Positions 59,979-64,000 of a stretch of 64,000 nt of DNA are shown piece by piece. Numbering within the stretch: the stretch's first letter is position 1; every line of letters begins with the position of its first letter. Source of the stretch: an uncultured Bacteroidales bacterium (lineage in GTDB: Bacteria; Bacteroidota; Bacteroidia; Bacteroidales; Muribaculaceae); contig CBCSTG010000006.1 in the NCBI GenBank assembly GCA_965143025.1, positions 24,475 through 88,474 of the forward strand, written 5' to 3'. The translations under genes were made by a program, and so were the position numbers. Below the pieces are notes generated by a model. The model searched no databases, had not been told where the DNA came from, and worked only from the letters and a program-made list of their open reading frames with translations.

Positions 59979-62900
59979 ATGCTTATAACAATATACAACT
60001 CGGCCGGCAACCCCAAGGTTGAACTTTCGCCGAATGACAGCTCGACACAGGCCAAGGAGGTGCAGGGCGACAACGTTCTCACGTTGTCCTTCACACATTA
60101 CGAGCATATCGAACTTGATGTCGATGACTACGCCGACTTTCTTGGAGAGCGTTTTTGGCTGACTGAAAAGTACCGCCCAAGGCAGAACTCTAAGAAGGAG
60201 TGGGTCTATGATCTCAAGCTCTATGGCGTGGAAAGCATGCTGAAACGCTTACTTGTTATTAAAACAGTCGATGGTGAAGATAACCCTGTGTTTACACTGA
60301 CTGCGCCCCCTCGTGAACATGTCGCCATGATTGTCAACTGTATGAATCATGGTATGGGCAATATCACTGACTGGAAGGTCGGTCAGGTCGATGGCTCCGA
60401 GAATATTGTCATAGATTATTTCGGCAAATACTGTGAAGAAGCGCTCAAGGAAATTGCAGAAAAGGTGGGCGCCGAATGGTGGTCCGAAGACCGGACCGTC
60501 AATATTTGCAAGTGTGAGCATGGAGAGCCCGTAGAACTTGGTTATAACAAAGGTTTGCTGTCCATAGATCCCGGTACTGCAGATAATGTTAAATTCTATA
60601 CTCGTCTTTACCCTGTGGGCAGTAGCCGTAATATTGACCCGGAAAAATATGGTCATTCACGCCTTCAGCTCCCTGATGGTAAAAAATATGTTGAAATTAA
60701 TGCCGACAAATATGCCCGTGTTGACCACTATGAAGAATCTGCTTTTGCAGACATCTATCCGCGACGTATCGGAGAGATTAGCAGCGTGCGTTCTGAGGTC
60801 AGGACAGGTGAGGACGGCAATCCTTTCACAATTTATTATTTCAAGGATAATGCGTTGACGTTTGACCCCAATGAATACATGATCGGCGGACTCGTTTTAC
60901 GTGTGTCCTTTCAGGAGGGCAGCGAGCTTGCCGGTCTTGGTGATGAAGAGGACGGTACATTTTTCTTTGAAGTAAACTTTGACAGTGCCGCCAAAGAATT
61001 TGAAATTATTACAATATGGCCCTACGACAACGATACACAGCTTCCGGGAGGTAACCTCGTGCCTAAAATCGGTGATAAATATATCCTCTGGCATCTCCGT
61101 ATGCCTGATGAGTATTATGCGCTTGCCGAGGAGGAGTTCTTGGAGGCTGTCAACAAGTACAATGATGACCACAAACTCGATATATCAGTCTATAAAGCTC
61201 CCACTGACCATGTATGGATTGAAGACAATAACATAGAACTCACAATCGGCCGACGAATTCGTCTTGAAAGTGAAGAGTATTTCCCGGAAAGCGGATATCG
61301 CGACAGCCGCATTACAAGGATAACACGCAGGGTTAATCTGCCCTCATCGATGGACATTGAGATTGGTGACACACTTAGCCGTACGTCTCAAGAAAAAATT
61401 AATGATTCGATTTCGGAAGTACACAGCTACGCAAAATCAATTGCTGAATCGGTCTCGTTGCCTGATATAATACGCACCGGTGATAAAACACGTCCGACTG
61501 ATAACAATCTTTATAGCGCAAAGCGTGTCCTTACAGAGTTTCTCTCCAAACTCAAAGACGACCGGTCAAAAGGTAAAATAGCATCCGACCTCGGGTTTGA
61601 GATAGGCAATTATCTTGCAGGAGTATCAGGCGGCATATTTGGCATCGACGCCGACAACGGCGACTCGTTTGCCGAGGTAGCGCGCCTCTTTGTGCGCGGC
61701 AAGGCGTATTTTGAGACACTTACGACCATGGAGTCAAAAACGCTTGCCGGCAAACAGTATATCACCCCCGGCGGCTCCATTAATTGTTCCAAAGTCGAGG
61801 AACTCAAAAATCCTAACGGCAAGGTTATTGCTTATCGCTGTTATTTCCTTAGCGAGCAGGATGGCGAGAAGACTGAGACGAAAATTATCGCCGGGGACCA
61901 AGCCATCTCCGAGATGTTCAACGCCAAAACGGGTGTCACAAACAATAAACTCAGTAACCACCGCTACTGGAGGCTTGTCACCTCGGTAAACAACGACGAA
62001 TATAGTGACGATGCCGGCAACCATTATGGTTATATCGACCTCTCGGCCGTCGATTGTGACTCTGACAGTGACATTCCTAAAGAGGGCGATGTTATCGAGC
62101 AGTTCGGCAACCGCACGGATGCGACACGTCAGGGCGCAATGGTTTTCTCTACCGTTGACGCTGATGCACCATCGATAAAACTACTCACAGGCATCGGCTC
62201 AGGCACTACCAATGCAGAGCACTATTCGCTCGACGGTAGAGACATCATTTCGCAGGGCTACGACCACGTGAAAGGTCACGCCTACTTCAACTGTTACGGA
62301 GACACCTATATTGGTGCTCCTGATGGCTCGACATACCTCGATTTCGACCAAGACACAAAGACGCTCAACGCCAGACTAAAGCTGCATATCGGCTCCACTA
62401 TCGGCGACAAGACTATCGACGAGTACTTCGCCGACAAAGCAGAGGCGGCTGCCGACAAATACAAGTATCTTGCGGCGGCTTTGCCGCAGGACACGGAGAT
62501 TACGGGCGGTGTGATGCTTTCGACGCTTGTCTCGCTCGGCTATAAGGACAGCAACGATGTGCGGCATACGCTTGCAGGCATGAACGGCGCCTATCTGCCC
62601 TCGCTCGGGGGCCGCACGATAGGCTCTTGGTGGGGTGGCGATATGCTCGACCTTTTTAAAGTCGACGATACACGCAAGACTCTCGCAGAACTTATAGCAG
62701 AATCGGGTAAAAACAATCCCGTAGCCGCCACTTCGCTTGTGCGCTTGGACGGCTCGGCATACTTCCTCGGGGGTGACGTTCAGTTTCGTTCTGACAAAAC
62801 GGCTGTATTTGGCTCTGGCGACACAGCCATAACGATTGCCGACGGGCGAGTCAAACTTGGAAACGGTATTTTGATAGATATAGGCGGAGAGGCGCAGGGG

Positions 62901-64000
62901 CTTGGTAACTCGATTGCATCCGTAGCAACTCTCGCCAATGAATTATCGAATCTCTTTACTCCTTATAATGGTACTACAGAACTTACATGGCAAGAAGTAA
63001 TCGACGGCGAGACCTACGACTCAATCAAGGCTAATCACTCTTTTTGGACAGAGTATTCATTAGCCGGCAAGGGCATGGCTGCCACGACAGGCTCAGGCGG
63101 CGGTGGCGGCGGCTCGTTATTCGGCCTATATACCGACACGACGTGGGTGTCGGGGCCTGCCGAGGATGACGCGCTGTCAGCCGTGCTCGGCAAGTCGCTG
63201 CACGCCCGTGTGTCAGTGCTTGAGGGCGCGGGCTATCTCACGGGTATCACCAAGGCCATGGTCGAGGCCGTGCTCACTGGCGATATTACATCGCATACAC
63301 ATAGCTTGCTTTCAAAGCCAGCAGACAACCGCTCGGTCGCCACTACGCCCAATGACTACAATGGTAAATTCTTTTTCACTGGCATGAAAAGGCGCGATGC
63401 GCTCAGTGTGCCGGGGACGGGAGACTATGTCAACGGTTTCGGCTGGCGCGGATGGGCTGACAGATCAGGAGGCAAGGCGTGGGAAGTCTTCGGCGACAAC
63501 ACCGATTTATATGTACGTTGCGGCAGCACTACCACTTGGGAGGCATGGCGCAAGATTCTGACAGATGGCAACTATGCCTCGACGCTTGACGACCGCTATG
63601 TTACTCTCACCACCGCACAGGAAATCACGGCCGAAAAAACCTTTGAAGCGCAGCTAAAGAGCACCGCCGCTTTACTATTTAAGCTCCCAACGGCGACCAA
63701 CGGCGTCTACTTCGAGCCGATGGCCGACGGTGGTCTACGCATACAGGCGCACACAGACTACACGTGGCAAAAGCGCCTCGGCACTATCGACTGGAGCGGA
63801 GGCTTGACAATGAACTCGTTTATACGCAACGGGGGCACCGCCTTGCAGTTCCTCATGGCTGACGGCTCGGTCACGACGAAGGTTGTGGCCTCGGCCGTAG
63901 CAAACACGGGATGGCAAAGCAACGCGGTCGATGATCTAAAAGTCCCGACTATGTCATTTTTGGCCTATTGGAACGGCGCGCATACCAATGGCGGTAGCAG
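59979..64000 (+). CDS. Large tail tip / host-specificity (fibre) protein, partial (continues beyond window end)
   Basis: Open from ATG 59979 to the window edge (over 1340 aa), which is why it is absent from the ORF track; a Gly-rich GSGGGGGGS linker is present. Confidence 0.6.
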   Translation, partial: MLITIYNSAGNPKVELSPNDSSTQAKEVQGDNVLTLSFTHYEHIELDVDDYADFLGERFWLTEKYRPRQNSKKEWVYDLKLYGVESMLKRLLVIKTVDGEDNPVFTLTAPPREHVAMIVNCMNHGMGNITDWKVGQVDGSENIVIDYFGKYCEEALKEIAEKVGAEWWSEDRTVNICKCEHGEPVELGYNKGLLSIDPGTADNVKFYTRLYPVGSSRNIDPEKYGHSRLQLPDGKKYVEINADKYARVDHYEESAFADIYPRRIGEISSVRSEVRTGEDGNPFTIYYFKDNALTFDPNEYMIGGLVLRVSFQEGSELAGLGDEEDGTFFFEVNFDSAAKEFEIITIWPYDNDTQLPGGNLVPKIGDKYILWHLRMPDEYYALAEEEFLEAVNKYNDDHKLDISVYKAPTDHVWIEDNNIELTIGRRIRLESEEYFPESGYRDSRITRITRRVNLPSSMDIEIGDTLSRTSQEKINDSISEVHSYAKSIAESVSLPDIIRTGDKTRPTDNNLYSAKRVLTEFLSKLKDDRSKGKIASDLGFEIGNYLAGVSGGIFGIDADNGDSFAEVARLFVRGKAYFETLTTMESKTLAGKQYITPGGSINCSKVEELKNPNGKVIAYRCYFLSEQDGEKTETKIIAGDQAISEMFNAKTGVTNNKLSNHRYWRLVTSVNNDEYSDDAGNHYGYIDLSAVDCDSDSDIPKEGDVIEQFGNRTDATRQGAMVFSTVDADAPSIKLLTGIGSGTTNAEHYSLDGRDIISQGYDHVKGHAYFNCYGDTYIGAPDGSTYLDFDQDTKTLNARLKLHIGSTIGDKTIDEYFADKAEAAADKYKYLAAALPQDTEITGGVMLSTLVSLGYKDSNDVRHTLAGMNGAYLPSLGGRTIGSWWGGDMLDLFKVDDTRKTLAELIAESGKNNPVAATSLVRLDGSAYFLGGDVQFRSDKTAVFGSGDTAITIADGRVKLGNGILIDIGGEAQGLGNSIASVATLANELSNLFTPYNGTTELTWQEVIDGETYDSIKANHSFWTEYSLAGKGMAATTGSGGGGGGSLFGLYTDTTWVSGPAEDDALSAVLGKSLHARVSVLEGAGYLTGITKAMVEAVLTGDITSHTHSLLSKPADNRSVATTPNDYNGKFFFTGMKRRDALSVPGTGDYVNGFGWRGWADRSGGKAWEVFGDNTDLYVRCGSTTTWEAWRKILTDGNYASTLDDRYVTLTTAQEITAEKTFEAQLKSTAALLFKLPTATNGVYFEPMADGGLRIQAHTDYTWQKRLGTIDWSGGLTMNSFIRNGGTALQFLMADGSVTTKVVASAVANTGWQSNAVDDLKVPTMSFLAYWNGAHTNGGS

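Larger units (their letters stand above)
33390..64000 (+). mobile_element. Mu-like transposable siphophage prophage (partial; the right end is beyond the window)
   Basis: Terminal repeat array, leftward CI-like repressor, MuA-like DDE transposase, MuB-like ATPase, GemA-like protein, MuF, DUF935-like portal, TerL/TerS, protease-scaffold, capsid, lysis genes and a siphovirus-type tail module. Confidence 0.8.

Overview
The window appears to be a Bacteroidales chromosome segment, an inference from roughly 58-60% GC background, T9SS C-terminal sorting domains, and DUF3791/DUF3990/DUF3467 genes. It divides into four parts. (1) 1-21.4 kb is host core: a partial RCC1/BIG2 surface protein, an outer-membrane beta-barrel protein, a YitT-family protein, a RecD-like helicase, an EamA transporter, cysS, a DUF3467/lipoprotein/ABC-ATPase operon, pheT, a YebC/PmpR regulator, a DUF3791-DUF3990-DUF3791 triad and a GH3 beta-glucosidase. 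(2) About 21.4-26.0 kb is an AT-rich, horizontally acquired island encoding a small T9SS-sorted protein translationally coupled to a 993-aa secreted orphan, followed by a T9SS-sorted endonuclease I and tRNA-Phe(GAA). (3) 29.3-33.3 kb is a lower-GC islet with an AlbA_2/HATPase (Schlafen-like) ATPase, an SPFH+DUF4339 protein with a small membrane partner, and a helically phased TTTACAT repeat array. (4) From about 33.4 kb to the window end (over 30 kb, right end not reached) is a Mu-like transposable siphophage prophage. It carries attL-like GGGGTTACA repeats, a leftward CI-like repressor, MuA-like DDE transposase and MuB-like ATPase, an accessory region, a leftward packaging/head module (TerS, TerL, portal, MuF), and a rightward head/lysis/tail module (protease-scaffold, capsid, T7-lysozyme-like amidase, overlapping spanin-like genes, major tail protein, chaperone with a -1 frameshift site, tape measure, Dit-like protein, partial fibre). 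The most notable candidate system is a leftward prophage operon of a Mor-like gene, a short thymidylate-synthase-family enzyme and a Dam-like methyltransferase. The TS-like enzyme keeps its catalytic Cys but has Asp at the dUMP-specificity Asn position, as in dCMP hydroxymethylases, and is translationally coupled (ATGA overlap) to the Dam-like gene, suggesting a cytosine C5 modification module. Other notable items are a 100-150 bp palindromic interspersed repeat family (MITE/REP-like; five copies at three loci, two copies inverted), a tRNA-like gene with a non-canonical AUU anticodon in the prophage early region, and several structured inverted-repeat regions.
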